Below, piece after piece: positions 1-9,002 of a stretch of DNA of 64,000 nucleotides (position 1 is the stretch's first letter; each line of letters opens with the position of its first letter). Both the position numbers and the translations under genes were made by a program. The stretch spans positions 327 to 64,326 of the forward strand of contig NZ_CALNAT010000256.1 in the NCBI RefSeq assembly GCF_937873925.1. The letters are read 5' to 3'. The notes beneath the pieces are model-generated. The model ran no database searches, was not told where the DNA came from, and saw only the letters and a program-made list of their open reading frames with translations. Source of the stretch: an uncultured Proteiniphilum sp. GTDB lineage: Bacteria > Bacteroidota > Bacteroidia > Bacteroidales > Dysgonomonadaceae.

Positions 1-1
1 A

Positions 2-1024
2 GCCGCTTTCCTGAAAGGTGAGATAGTCGGCAATCCGGAAGTAGAAGTTTCCAATTTTTCGAAGATTGAGGAGGGGAAAGCAGGAACCATCACTTTTCTG
101 GCCAACCCGAAATACACACCTTATATTTATAAGACAGAGGCCGATATTGTGCTCGTAAATAATGACTTCGAGCCCGAGAAACCTATTCGTGCCACCCTCA
201 TAAAAGTGCCTAATGCTTATGCGGCATTGGCATCGTTGATGGAGATGGTAAATAAGAGTATTCCCCGGAAGAGCGGAATCGATACAATGAGTTTTGTAGC
301 ACCTACCGCGAAGATTGGAGAACAGGTCTACGTAGGGACATTCGCCTACATCGGCGACTACGTGGAGATAGGGGATGACAGCAAGATCTACCCGCAATCC
401 TACATAGGAGAGAACGTGAAGATCGGGAAAAATACAATCATCTATCCCGGGGTAAAGATTTATCACGGTTGCGCGATAGGTGACAATTGTATCATACATT
501 CGGGTGCGGTGATCGGTGCAGACGGGTTTGGCTTTTCCAAAGAGGAGGAGGTGTACCATAAAATTCCCCAGTTGGGAAATGTGCTCATTGAAGATGATGT
601 GGAGATCGGGGCCAATACTGCTATTGACCGTGCCGTGATGGGCTCCACTGTAATCCGCCGTGGAGTAAAACTTGATAATCTTATACAGATAGCCCACAAT
701 TGTGAAATTGGTGAGCATACGGCTATGGCTGCCCAGGTAGGGATCGCCGGTTCCACCAAGATCGGTGAAAATTGCGTGTTTGGCGGGCAGGTAGGTATTG
801 GCGGACATATCACTATCGGGAAAAACAGCCGGATCGGGGCACAGTCCGGCATCATCAGCAATACTGAAGAGGGATCGGAGGTCATAGGCTCTCCGGCCAT
901 GCCAGTGAAAAGTTTTTTCAGGTCAAGCATCCTTTTGCCCAAGCTACCTGACATGTACCGGCAGCTGAATGCCTTGGAAAAAGAACTTCTTGAACTCAAA
1001 AAGAAGCTCGCCGCCGGTGATTAA
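2..1024 (+). CDS. lpxD: UDP-3-O-acylglucosamine N-acyltransferase LpxD (5' end outside window)
   Basis: Frame is open from nt 2 ([16 protein letters not shown]...ITFLANPKY) and runs into ORF-track 149..1024. It has a long run of hexapeptide beta-helix repeats (IGD/IGE/IGA...). lpxC-fabZ and lpxA follow directly. Confidence 0.9.
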   Translation, partial: AAFLKGEIVGNPEVEVSNFSKIEEGKAGTITFLANPKYTPYIYKTEADIVLVNNDFEPEKPIRATLIKVPNAYAALASLMEMVNKSIPRKSGIDTMSFVAPTAKIGEQVYVGTFAYIGDYVEIGDDSKIYPQSYIGENVKIGKNTIIYPGVKIYHGCAIGDNCIIHSGAVIGADGFGFSKEEEVYHKIPQLGNVLIEDDVEIGANTAIDRAVMGSTVIRRGVKLDNLIQIAHNCEIGEHTAMAAQVGIAGSTKIGENCVFGGQVGIGGHITIGKNSRIGAQSGIISNTEEGSEVIGSPAMPVKSFFRSSILLPKLPDMYRQLNALEKELLELKKKLAAGD

Positions 1025-1147
1025 ACAACGTTTCCGTTAAGAAATTGGTATACATTTCACAAATTCGGAAAGAATCTGTGCAACTGGTCATGTGAGTAAA
1101 TATGCATTTTATTCCACGGTAATGGGGTAAAATCGTTAAGTTGATGT

Positions 1148-1155
1148 TATCTTTG
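1148..1155 (+). promoter_or_regulatory. Candidate Bacteroides-type -7 box TATCTTTG upstream of lpxC-fabZ
   Basis: Exact match to the published Bacteroides primary-sigma -7 consensus TAnnTTTG, 40 nt upstream of the start codon. Confidence 0.45.
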
Positions 1156-1194
1156 CACATAAATAGGAGAAATGAGAAATAAATTAAATATAAG

Positions 1195-2577
1195 GTGAAA
1201 CAGAAAACATTACAAAGCAGCTTCACATTAAGCGGCGTAGGTCTCCACACCGGATTGGATATCGTAGTTACTTTCAATCCCGCACCTGTAGACCATGGAT
1301 ATAAAATAAAGAGAATTGACCTCGAAGATCAACCGGTGATTGAGGCGTTGGCCGAAAATGTAGTGAATACGCAACGCGGGACAGTGATCGCTAAAGGTGA
1401 TGCAACCGTAAGTACCATCGAACACGGGCTTTCCGCACTGTTTGCCCTTGGAATAGATAATTGCCTGATCGAAGTAAATGCGTCCGAATTTCCCATTCTT
1501 GACGGGAGCGCAATCGAATATGTGAAAGCGATCCGGAAAGCGGGTGTTCAGGAACAGGATAAAGACAAAGACTTTTATGTTGTACGCAAGAAGATAGAAG
1601 TATCCGATCCGGAGACCGGCTCGAAACTGACACTGCTGCCTGACGATTCGTTTTGTATCAACTCCTTCATAGAGTTTGAATCGCAATATATACCCAATCA
1701 ATCGGCTTCGTTGGATACCGTCACCGATTATGAGACGGAGATCGCTCCTTCACGTACTTTTGTATTTGTACGCGAGATCCAGCAATTACGCAAGGCAGGC
1801 CTTATCAAAGGAGGAAATCTGGATAATGCGATCGTAATTTATGAGAGGAAATTATCACAGAAAGAATTGGATAATATCGCTGATGAATTGAATGTTCCTC
1901 ACCACAACGCTGATGAGTTGGGCTATCTGAACAATCGTAAACTGATGTTCCCCAATGAGCCGGCGCGCCACAAACTGCTTGACATTATCGGCGATATGGC
2001 GCTCATCGGGAAACCTATCATGGGGCGCCTTATTGCCATGCGACCCGGTCACAAGATCAACAATCAACTGGCACGGATGATCCGCAAAGATATCAAACTC
2101 AATGAGGTGCAACCCCCCGTATACGATGTGACCAAAGAGCCAGTCATGGACAACAACCGCATCCGCGAATTGTTACCTCACCGTTATCCTTTCCTGATGG
2201 TAGATAAAATTATACAGATGACGGACAAGTTTATTGTGGGCGTGAAAAATATTACTACCAATGAACCTTTTTTTGTCGGACATTTTCCTCAGGAACCGGT
2301 GATGCCGGGGGTATTGCAGGTAGAAGCGATGGCTCAGACGGGAGGACTGCTCGTCCTTGCCGGATTAGATGAGCCGGAGAGATATTCTACCTATTTTCTC
2401 AAGATTGATAATGTGAAATTCCGCCATAAAGTGGTTCCGGGGGACACCATTCTCTTCAGGGTAGAGCTCACCAGCGAAATGCGCAGGGGCATTGCTACCA
2501 TGCGGGGACTGGCATTTCTTGGGGACAAAGTAGTTTCCGAAGCCGATCTTACGGCACAGATCATCAAAAACAAATAA
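1195..2577 (+). CDS. lpxC/fabZ: Bifunctional UDP-3-O-acyl-GlcNAc deacetylase / 3-hydroxyacyl-ACP dehydratase (LpxC-FabZ fusion)
   Basis: 460 aa. The N-terminal half is LpxC-like (GVGLHTG..., EHGLSAL, HKLLDIIGD). The C-terminal half is a FabZ hot-dog domain (LPHRYPFLMVDKI, GHFPQEPVMPGVL). This fusion is typical of Bacteroidota. Confidence 0.95.
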   Translation: MKQKTLQSSFTLSGVGLHTGLDIVVTFNPAPVDHGYKIKRIDLEDQPVIEALAENVVNTQRGTVIAKGDATVSTIEHGLSALFALGIDNCLIEVNASEFPILDGSAIEYVKAIRKAGVQEQDKDKDFYVVRKKIEVSDPETGSKLTLLPDDSFCINSFIEFESQYIPNQSASLDTVTDYETEIAPSRTFVFVREIQQLRKAGLIKGGNLDNAIVIYERKLSQKELDNIADELNVPHHNADELGYLNNRKLMFPNEPARHKLLDIIGDMALIGKPIMGRLIAMRPGHKINNQLARMIRKDIKLNEVQPPVYDVTKEPVMDNNRIRELLPHRYPFLMVDKIIQMTDKFIVGVKNITTNEPFFVGHFPQEPVMPGVLQVEAMAQTGGLLVLAGLDEPERYSTYFLKIDNVKFRHKVVPGDTILFRVELTSEMRRGIATMRGLAFLGDKVVSEADLTAQIIKNK

Positions 2578-2595
2578 GATAAACCGACCGGATAT

Positions 2596-3384
2596 ATGAA
2601 CAGTGTTTCATCTTTAGCTTATGTGCACCCTGAGGCTAAACTCGGGGAAAATGTAATTATAGAGCCTTTTGCGTATGTCGATCGCAATACGGAAATAGGA
2701 GAGGGTACTCGTGTGATGACACATGCGACGGTGCTGTACGGGGCACGTATCGGAAAAAACTGTACCATCTTCCCTCACGCTACAGTAGCCGGCATCCCGC
2801 AGGACCTTAAGTTCCGGGGTGAAGATACAGAAGCGATTATCGGAGACAACACCACCATACGCGAATGCGCCACCGTGAACAGAGGCACCGCCTCGAAAGG
2901 ATTCACAAAAGTAGGGGCCGACTGCCTGATTATGGCGTATAGTCATGTGGCGCACGATTGTGTGCTCAACGATCATATAATTCTGGGTAATGCTACCCAG
3001 CTGGCAGGCGAAGTGGAGATTGATGATTATGCGATTATCAGTGGTGGTTCGCTGGTACACCAGTTCACCAGAGTTGGCGCTCATGTGATGATACAGGGTG
3101 GCGCCAAGGTTCCCAAGGATATTCCCCCGTATGTGATGGTCGGACGTGAACCGATCATTTATGTGGGACTCAATGTGGTGGGACTGCGACGCAGAGGTTT
3201 TACCAGTGAGCGCATCAACTCTATCCAGGAAATATACCGTTATCTGTACCAATCTGGGTTCAATGTTACGCAGGCAACGGAACGGATCGAAAATGAACTG
3301 CCTGAAACGGACGATCGTAATGATATCCTGGAGTTTATCCGTTCTTCAAGCCGCGGCATCGTACGCGGTAATATGGAGGGGTAG
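2596..3384 (+). CDS. lpxA: Acyl-ACP--UDP-GlcNAc O-acyltransferase LpxA
   Basis: 262 aa with hexapeptide repeats followed by a helical C-terminal domain. It completes the lpxD/lpxC/lpxA context. Confidence 0.93.
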   Translation: MNSVSSLAYVHPEAKLGENVIIEPFAYVDRNTEIGEGTRVMTHATVLYGARIGKNCTIFPHATVAGIPQDLKFRGEDTEAIIGDNTTIRECATVNRGTASKGFTKVGADCLIMAYSHVAHDCVLNDHIILGNATQLAGEVEIDDYAIISGGSLVHQFTRVGAHVMIQGGAKVPKDIPPYVMVGREPIIYVGLNVVGLRRRGFTSERINSIQEIYRYLYQSGFNVTQATERIENELPETDDRNDILEFIRSSSRGIVRGNMEG

Positions 3385-3387
3385 AAC

Positions 3388-4410
3388 ATGCCTGGTATTA
3401 TTTTTCCGGCCGAATGGTATCCGCAGAGCGCTGTTCAGGTCACCTGGCCGCATCGGAATACCGACTGGGCAGAGTCTCTGGAAGAAGTAACCGCCTGTTA
3501 TGTGGCTCTATCGAAAGAGATACTCCGGAGGGAAAAGTTGCTGGTTGTGTGCCGGGATACCGGTGAAGTAGAAAAATATTTTTCCGGGGATGAGCGGGAA
3601 AACCTCCTCTGTGTGGAGATAGAGAGTAATGATACGTGGGCGCGGGACCACGGGGCGATTTCACTCTTTGTAGATAATAAACCCACAATTTCAGATTTCG
3701 GTTTCAACGGATGGGGATTGAAATTCGCTGCCAACCGTGATAACCTGATTACAGGCAAGCTTTTCGAAAAAGCCGTTTTGCGGCCTGAGGTTGTCTACCT
3801 GAACCGTTTGAATTTCATTCTTGAAGGAGGATCGATAGAATCGGACGGAAAAGGGACGATACTTACTACTACGGAGTGCCTCTTATCTCCCAACCGCAAT
3901 CAGCCGATGACGCAAGATGAGATCGGAAATTATCTGAAGCATGCCCTGGGCGCCGAACGTATTCTATGGCTCCGTCACGGCTTTCTGGCGGGAGATGATA
4001 CCGACAGTCATATCGATACGCTTGCCCGCTTTTGTGAGGAACGTACCATTGCCTATGTGAAATGCGACGATCCCGAGGACGAGCATTATGACGAACTGAA
4101 AGCAATGGAAAAGGAATTGGAATCGTTTGTTGCATACGACGGCCGGTCCTATCGCCTGGTTGATTTACCTATGGCCGATGCCGTCTACCACGATGGAGAA
4201 CGCCTGCCCGCTACCTATGCTAATTTTCTCATTATCAACGGTGCGGTGCTGCTCCCGTTCTACGGCACGGAAAAAGATGAGATTGCAAAAAGACAATTGC
4301 AGAAAGCATTCCCGGACCGGGAAATAGTCGGTATCGATTGCCGACCGCTTATCCGTCAACACGGTTCCCTGCACTGCGTAACTATGCAGTTGCCTATTGG
4401 ATTTCTCTGA
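3388..4410 (+). CDS. aguA: Agmatine deiminase
   Basis: 340 aa. Motifs: FPAEWYPQSAVQVTWPH, WARDHG, DSHIDT and the C-terminal catalytic-Cys context GSLHCVT. An N-carbamoylputrescine amidase gene follows. Confidence 0.9.
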   Translation: MPGIIFPAEWYPQSAVQVTWPHRNTDWAESLEEVTACYVALSKEILRREKLLVVCRDTGEVEKYFSGDERENLLCVEIESNDTWARDHGAISLFVDNKPTISDFGFNGWGLKFAANRDNLITGKLFEKAVLRPEVVYLNRLNFILEGGSIESDGKGTILTTTECLLSPNRNQPMTQDEIGNYLKHALGAERILWLRHGFLAGDDTDSHIDTLARFCEERTIAYVKCDDPEDEHYDELKAMEKELESFVAYDGRSYRLVDLPMADAVYHDGERLPATYANFLIINGAVLLPFYGTEKDEIAKRQLQKAFPDREIVGIDCRPLIRQHGSLHCVTMQLPIGFL

Positions 4411-4428
4411 TGGAAAGTGGAGGTAATC

Positions 4429-4532
4429 GATTTAATGATTTGAAGATATGTCGATTTGACGATTTATTTAATCGCCAATCTGCCAATTACTAATTCCGTC
4501 TTGGTTCTTTGTTCTTTATTCTAAATTCTAAA
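4429..4532. repeat. Chain of drifting 8-nt words filling the aguA-aguB spacer
   Basis: In fixed 8-nt register it reads GATTTAAT|GATTTGAA|GATATGTC|GATTTGAC|GATTTATT|TAATCGCC|AATCTGCC|AATTACTA|ATTCCGTC|TTGGTTCT|TTGTTCTT|TATTCTAA|ATTCTAAA. Confidence 0.8.
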
Positions 4533-4535
4533 AAT

Positions 4536-5411
4536 ATGAAAGTAGGAATCATTCAACAAGCCAATACGTCCGACAGGGAAGAAAACGTAAAGCGCTTACA
4601 GCAAAAAATCAGACAGCTTGCTAAAGATGGAGCAGAGTTGATTGTGATGCAGGAGTTGCATAACGGTCTCTATTTTTGTCAAACGGAAGATACGGCTGTG
4701 TTCGACCAGGCGGAATCTATTCCTGGCCCGTCCACCGATTCCTTCGGCCGGCTGGCAGAAGAACTGGGGCTGGTCATAGTGCTTTCCCTGTTTGAGAAGC
4801 GCGCTTCCGGCCTTTACCATAATACGGCAGTAGTGATTGAGAGAGACGGAACCATTGCCGGAAAATACCGGAAAATGCACATCCCTGACGATCCGGCGTA
4901 TTATGAGAAATTTTACTTTACCCCCGGCGATTTGGGTTTTCATCCCATTGAAACATCGGTGGGAAAGTTGGGAGTATTGGTCTGCTGGGATCAATGGTAC
5001 CCCGAAGCGGCGCGCCTGATGGCGCTGGCCGGAGCGGAACTGCTGATTTATCCTACCGCTATCGGCTGGGAATCTACCGATCCTGAGGAGGAAAAACAAC
5101 GACAACTCGATGCGTGGGTCACCCTGCAGCGGGGACATGCCGTAGCTAACGGTTTACCCGTTATTGCCGTAAACCGTACCGGCTTTGAACCCGACCCGTC
5201 GGGACTCACCAATGGTATTCATTTCTGGGGGAACAGTTTTGTGTGCGGGCCGCAGGGAGAATTTCTATATCGTGCTGCCGACCGTGAAGAAGTTGTCCAT
5301 ATGATTGAGATCGACAAGGTGCGTACCGAGAATGTGCGCCGTTGGTGGCCTTTTTTCCGGGATCGCCGTATCGATGAATACGGAAAATTGACCAAACGCT
5401 GGATCGACTGA
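4536..5411 (+). CDS. aguB: N-carbamoylputrescine amidase (carbon-nitrogen hydrolase family)
   Basis: CN-hydrolase pattern (MQELH..., KMHIPDD, VCWDQWYPE with the catalytic Cys). I start at ATG 4536 (MKVGIIQQ) rather than the ORF-track TTG at 4509. Confidence 0.88.
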   Translation: MKVGIIQQANTSDREENVKRLQQKIRQLAKDGAELIVMQELHNGLYFCQTEDTAVFDQAESIPGPSTDSFGRLAEELGLVIVLSLFEKRASGLYHNTAVVIERDGTIAGKYRKMHIPDDPAYYEKFYFTPGDLGFHPIETSVGKLGVLVCWDQWYPEAARLMALAGAELLIYPTAIGWESTDPEEEKQRQLDAWVTLQRGHAVANGLPVIAVNRTGFEPDPSGLTNGIHFWGNSFVCGPQGEFLYRAADREEVVHMIEIDKVRTENVRRWWPFFRDRRIDEYGKLTKRWID

Positions 5412-5432
5412 TTTTTTTTGACGAATAGATAA

Positions 5433-5462
5433 AGGCCGCCCGATTATGAGCGACCTTTTTTT
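5433..5462. terminator. Hairpin + T-run between convergent aguB and the W/Y/G-repeat gene
   Basis: AGGCCGCCCG-ATTAT-GAGCGACCT followed by TTTTTTT. It pairs fully on the minus-strand RNA if two G-U pairs are allowed. Confidence 0.5.
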
Positions 5463-5483
5463 ATACCTTATTTTTCGAATTAA

Positions 5484-6941
5484 TTATCTGCGTCCGGAAG
5501 ATCTGCCGGAGCTGCTGTTTTCACTGCTGCTCCTTGAAGACGAAGTGGTTGTGCTGCTGTTGTTCCTACTCGAGGAACCGGAGCTCGACCTTACCGTAGT
5601 ACTTTCGTTATTGCTTCTTGAGGAGCCGGAACTCGATCTTGTCGTAGTCTCGTTTCTGTTATTCGAAGAACTTTGTTGCGGACTCGCTGTCGTACTTCTA
5701 CTACTGCTTCCGGAGGAGTTTTGTGATCTGACCGTTGTACTACTGCTGTTACTTCTGGTGGGACTTTGCGGTGTAACCGTGGTGCTCCTGGTGTCGGATG
5801 AACTGCTTCGCGTATCGGTTACCGAACTGCTGTTGCTCCTGCCGGAGGAATTCTCCTGAGATCTTACGGTAGTACTCCTGTCATTGCTTCCCGAAGAGTT
5901 TTGTGACCTGACCGTCGTACTGCTGTTATTTCTGGTGGAACTTGACGGTGTAACCGTGGTGCTGCTATTGGATGAACTGCCTCTTGGGGTGCTTTCAGAG
6001 GATCTTCCCGTTGCGTTACGGTTTGTAGATGTTCCGCTCCGCGAAGTTGTCCCTTCCGAAACCCTTGTATTGCTGTTGCTGTTCCTGACAGTTCCGCTGC
6101 CGGTAGTACTTCTGTCTGTGCTCCTGCCGCTTACGGAAGATCTCGTATTGGTTCTGCTGCTGGTTGCATCGGGACGATACACGCTTACTGCGTTGCCGCT
6201 GACCCTTGTCGCCCTGCCGGAGCGATTATTGTTGCTTTCGAGTCGGCGTACCGTAGTTTTTCTTCCTGTTTCACGTTCGTAGTCCCTGGCGCTCGGGCCG
6301 CTGTAGTAACGGTTATCGTTGTATATGTAGGTGTTATTGATGATGGTCGTCCTGTTATAAATAGTAGGGCTGTACCTGTTATAATACCTGTGCATATTGC
6401 TGTTATACATATATCTGGAAGGCAGGAAAGTCCAGTAGCTGGTAGGCATATTCACATAAATATTGATGCTTATCCGGGGATCCATGGGCGCCCATCCGTA
6501 ATAACCGCCGCCGCTTCTCCATGTCACCCATGCGGGTGCCCATTCGTAGCCGGGAACCCAGGCCCAGCCGTAGTAGTCGTCGTAGTACCAGCGCCCGTAA
6601 TGGAAAGGAGCCCAGCCCCACGAGAAGTTTGACACCCAGGTGTTTCCGTAATCGGTCATTACCCAGTATCCGTTAGTGGCATACGGATGAAAGTCTCTCC
6701 CTACATTGGGGATCCAGATGCGACCGTATGTGCGGTCGTTGATCCATCGCCCGTGAGGCCTCAGCTCATTGTAAAATACATTGAACGAGATGTCGCTTCC
6801 GGCGTAATCGTCATAATAGTATTCATCTTCGTAATAGCCATCATCGTATCCCTGGGAATAGAGATAACTCCGGGAGGTCCCGCATGACCAGAATACCAGT
6901 GCAATTACCATCAGGACGAGGGGGTGTCTTAAAGCTTTCAT
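5484..6941 (-). CDS. Lipoprotein with a Trp/Tyr/Gly-rich repeat domain and a long Ser/Thr/Arg/Asn-rich repetitive tail
   Basis: Start chosen at MKALRHPLVLMVIALVFWSC (signal peptide plus lipobox Cys). The central region has repeated W..GW/YGWA motifs (FSWGWAPFHYGRWYYDDYYGWAWVPGYEWAPAWVTW). The C-terminal ~260 aa is low-complexity with reiterated SSTTVRSQNSSGS units. Function unknown. Confidence 0.75.
   Translation of the reverse strand: MKALRHPLVLMVIALVFWSCGTSRSYLYSQGYDDGYYEDEYYYDDYAGSDISFNVFYNELRPHGRWINDRTYGRIWIPNVGRDFHPYATNGYWVMTDYGNTWVSNFSWGWAPFHYGRWYYDDYYGWAWVPGYEWAPAWVTWRSGGGYYGWAPMDPRISINIYVNMPTSYWTFLPSRYMYNSNMHRYYNRYSPTIYNRTTIINNTYIYNDNRYYSGPSARDYERETGRKTTVRRLESNNNRSGRATRVSGNAVSVYRPDATSSRTNTRSSVSGRSTDRSTTGSGTVRNSNSNTRVSEGTTSRSGTSTNRNATGRSSESTPRGSSSNSSTTVTPSSSTRNNSSTTVRSQNSSGSNDRSTTVRSQENSSGRSNSSSVTDTRSSSSDTRSTTVTPQSPTRSNSSSTTVRSQNSSGSSSRSTTASPQQSSSNNRNETTTRSSSGSSRSNNESTTVRSSSGSSSRNNSSTTTSSSRSSSENSSSGRSSGRR
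5572..5982 (-). repeat. Nested imperfect direct repeats encoding the Ser/Thr/Arg/Asn-rich tail
   Basis: Two adjacent ~48-bp units (5572-5619 and 5620-5667). A ~100-bp unit is repeated at 5705-5808 and 5885-5982, 180 bp apart, differing by substitutions and 3-nt indels. Confidence 0.75.
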
Positions 6942-7087
6942 ATCCGTAGTTATTAAAGGATGTAACTTCATTTCTTTTCTTTAGCAATATGACATCCTTT
7001 TTATAGAATGGTTTAACATTCTCAATGGGAAACCTGAAAAGATCGGGTTTTACCTGACTCCCTTCCGACCTAACCCCCTATTCACTT

Positions 7088-7672
7088 TTATTTAAACACC
7101 TGATCGATCCCTGAGAATCCCATAAATGCCATGGCCATGATGCCGGCTGTGATCAGCGCAAGGGGTATTCCTTTCATTGATCTGGGAACTTTGGTGAGCG
7201 CCAGTTGCTCGCGGATACTTGAAAAAATGATCAATGCCATGGCGTAACCTATGGCGGTAGCTACGGCGTAGATAACCGACTCCAACAGGTTATAATCCTT
7301 CTGTATCACCAGAATCGCCACTCCCAGGATCACACAGTTGGTGGTGATCAGCGGCAGGAACACTCCCAGCGCCTGGTAAAGCGCCGGTGATATTTTTTTG
7401 AGTACGATCTCCACCATCTGCACTAATGCGGCAATCACCAGGATAAAGGAGATGGTTTGCAGGTATCCCAACCCGGAAGGTTCCAGAATACCTTTCTGCA
7501 GAAGGAATGTGACGATGGTAGCGATAGTCAGTACAAACGTGACAGCCAGTCCCATGCCGATAGCCGTATCCACTTTCTTCGATACACCCAGGAACGGGCA
7601 GATGCCCAGGAACTGGGCCAGCACCACGTTGTTTACAAATATGGCAACGATAATGATTCCGATAATTTCCAT
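7088..7672 (-). CDS. rnfA: Rnf electron transport complex subunit A
   Basis: 194-aa polytopic membrane protein. It is the last gene of a contiguous rnfBCDGEA array. It is paralogous to the adjacent RnfE. Confidence 0.92.
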   Translation of the reverse strand: MEIIGIIIVAIFVNNVVLAQFLGICPFLGVSKKVDTAIGMGLAVTFVLTIATIVTFLLQKGILEPSGLGYLQTISFILVIAALVQMVEIVLKKISPALYQALGVFLPLITTNCVILGVAILVIQKDYNLLESVIYAVATAIGYAMALIIFSSIREQLALTKVPRSMKGIPLALITAGIMAMAFMGFSGIDQVFK

Positions 7673-7684
7673 AATCCTTGAGGG

Positions 7685-8284
7685 TTAGTTTGTTCCTTCC
7701 TTCTTCTGAAGCTTGTTAAAAATGGCGATCAGGTATCCCAGCACGATGAAAGCGCCCGGCGCCAATACAAATATCAATGAGCCGAACTGTTCGGGGTAGA
7801 TGTTCAGTGAGAATATCTGTCCGGTGCCCAGTAATTCACGTACAGCACCCAATAGTGAGAGTGCGAAGGTAAATCCCAGTCCGATGCCTATCCCGTCGAA
7901 AACCGATGAGATCACACTGTTCTTCGAAGCGAACGACTCAGCGCGTCCCAGCACGATACAGTTCACTACAATCAAAGGAATGAAGATACCTAAACTGTCG
8001 GCCAGTGCCGGTACATAAGCGTTCATCATCATTTCGATAATGGTCACGAAGGTGGCGATCACCACAATGTAAGCCGGAATGCGTACCATGTCGGGGATCA
8101 GGTTTTTCAGCATCGAGATCACCGCGTTGGAGCAGATCAATACAAACATGGTTGCCAGTCCCATGCTCATACCGTTGATGGCGGAACTGGTAGTTGCCAG
8201 TGTGGGGCACATCCCTAAAAGCAATACAAAAATAGGGTTTTCTTTAATAATGCCGTTGATCAGCACTTTCAGGTTGTCATTCAT
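7685..8284 (-). CDS. rnfE: Rnf electron transport complex subunit E
   Basis: 199-aa polytopic membrane protein (NPIFVLLLGMCPTLA motif) between rnfG and rnfA. Confidence 0.92.
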   Translation of the reverse strand: MNDNLKVLINGIIKENPIFVLLLGMCPTLATTSSAINGMSMGLATMFVLICSNAVISMLKNLIPDMVRIPAYIVVIATFVTIIEMMMNAYVPALADSLGIFIPLIVVNCIVLGRAESFASKNSVISSVFDGIGIGLGFTFALSLLGAVRELLGTGQIFSLNIYPEQFGSLIFVLAPGAFIVLGYLIAIFNKLQKKEGTN

Positions 8285-9002
8285 TGTCGTTTCCTCCCTC
8301 CTGTGATGTTATATCCTGTTCATCATTGTCATTTGTTTCCCCGGAAATGTTTGTTACGCTGCCTGATTGGGTGGTTCCGGTAGTGTCGCTTTCAGATTGG
8401 GTAGCTCCGCTTGTCGCATCCATATTTCCCGAGTAGGCAGCGTAAGCCCTGTTGATCGCTTCGAGAAATGCCCTCGAGGTGATGGTCGATGCGGTAATGG
8501 CATCCACATTTCCTCCGTCATTCGAAACGGCCAAGGCTCCTTTCGACAGGTCTCGTCCGATGATCGACTGCGAGGGTTTGGCTGCATCCCTGAACCACTC
8601 TGACATCTTCGAACCCAGTCCCGGTGTCTCACCATGTTGCAGTACCGAGTAATTCACGATCCTGTGTTCCATATCGAAGCCTACCATGATCTGTATATTT
8701 CCGCTGAATCCGTTGGTGGAGAAACTGTTCAGTGCATAACCCACGATCTCATCCCCTTTCTTTGCAGGGTAAACCAGCAGTGAGTCCCCCTGTCCGTCCG
8801 GCATCAGGAATGCTTCGGCGATCGGGTCGTTATCAAACGCGGGCACCACTTCGCTGATGGCGTTCTGCAATTTCATCGCTTTGGCATCTGCTATCGGCTT
8901 TGCCGTCATTTTGTTCACTTGGGCCAGCAATACGGCTACCGTCAGGCATATCAGCGATAGCGACAGGAACATATTTTTGAAGGTTGATTCTAATTTAGCC
9001 AT
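8277..9002 (-). CDS. rnfG: Rnf electron transport complex subunit G (FMN-binding)
   Basis: N-terminal membrane anchor. FMN-binding domain with VDAITASTITSRA. It also carries an acidic Ser/Thr-rich C-terminal tail. Confidence 0.9.
   Translation of the reverse strand: MAKLESTFKNMFLSLSLICLTVAVLLAQVNKMTAKPIADAKAMKLQNAISEVVPAFDNDPIAEAFLMPDGQGDSLLVYPAKKGDEIVGYALNSFSTNGFSGNIQIMVGFDMEHRIVNYSVLQHGETPGLGSKMSEWFRDAAKPSQSIIGRDLSKGALAVSNDGGNVDAITASTITSRAFLEAINRAYAAYSGNMDATSGATQSESDTTGTTQSGSVTNISGETNDNDEQDITSQEGGNDNE

Noticed and set aside
5446-6282. Two plus-strand ORFs (137 aa and 132 aa) extremely rich in Leu/Val/Glu
   Set aside because: They are the antisense reading of the Ser/Thr/Arg-rich repeat tail of the minus-strand gene 5484-6941. 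The minus-strand product has a signal peptide, a lipobox and a recognisable repeat domain. The Leu-rich composition is a complement artefact.
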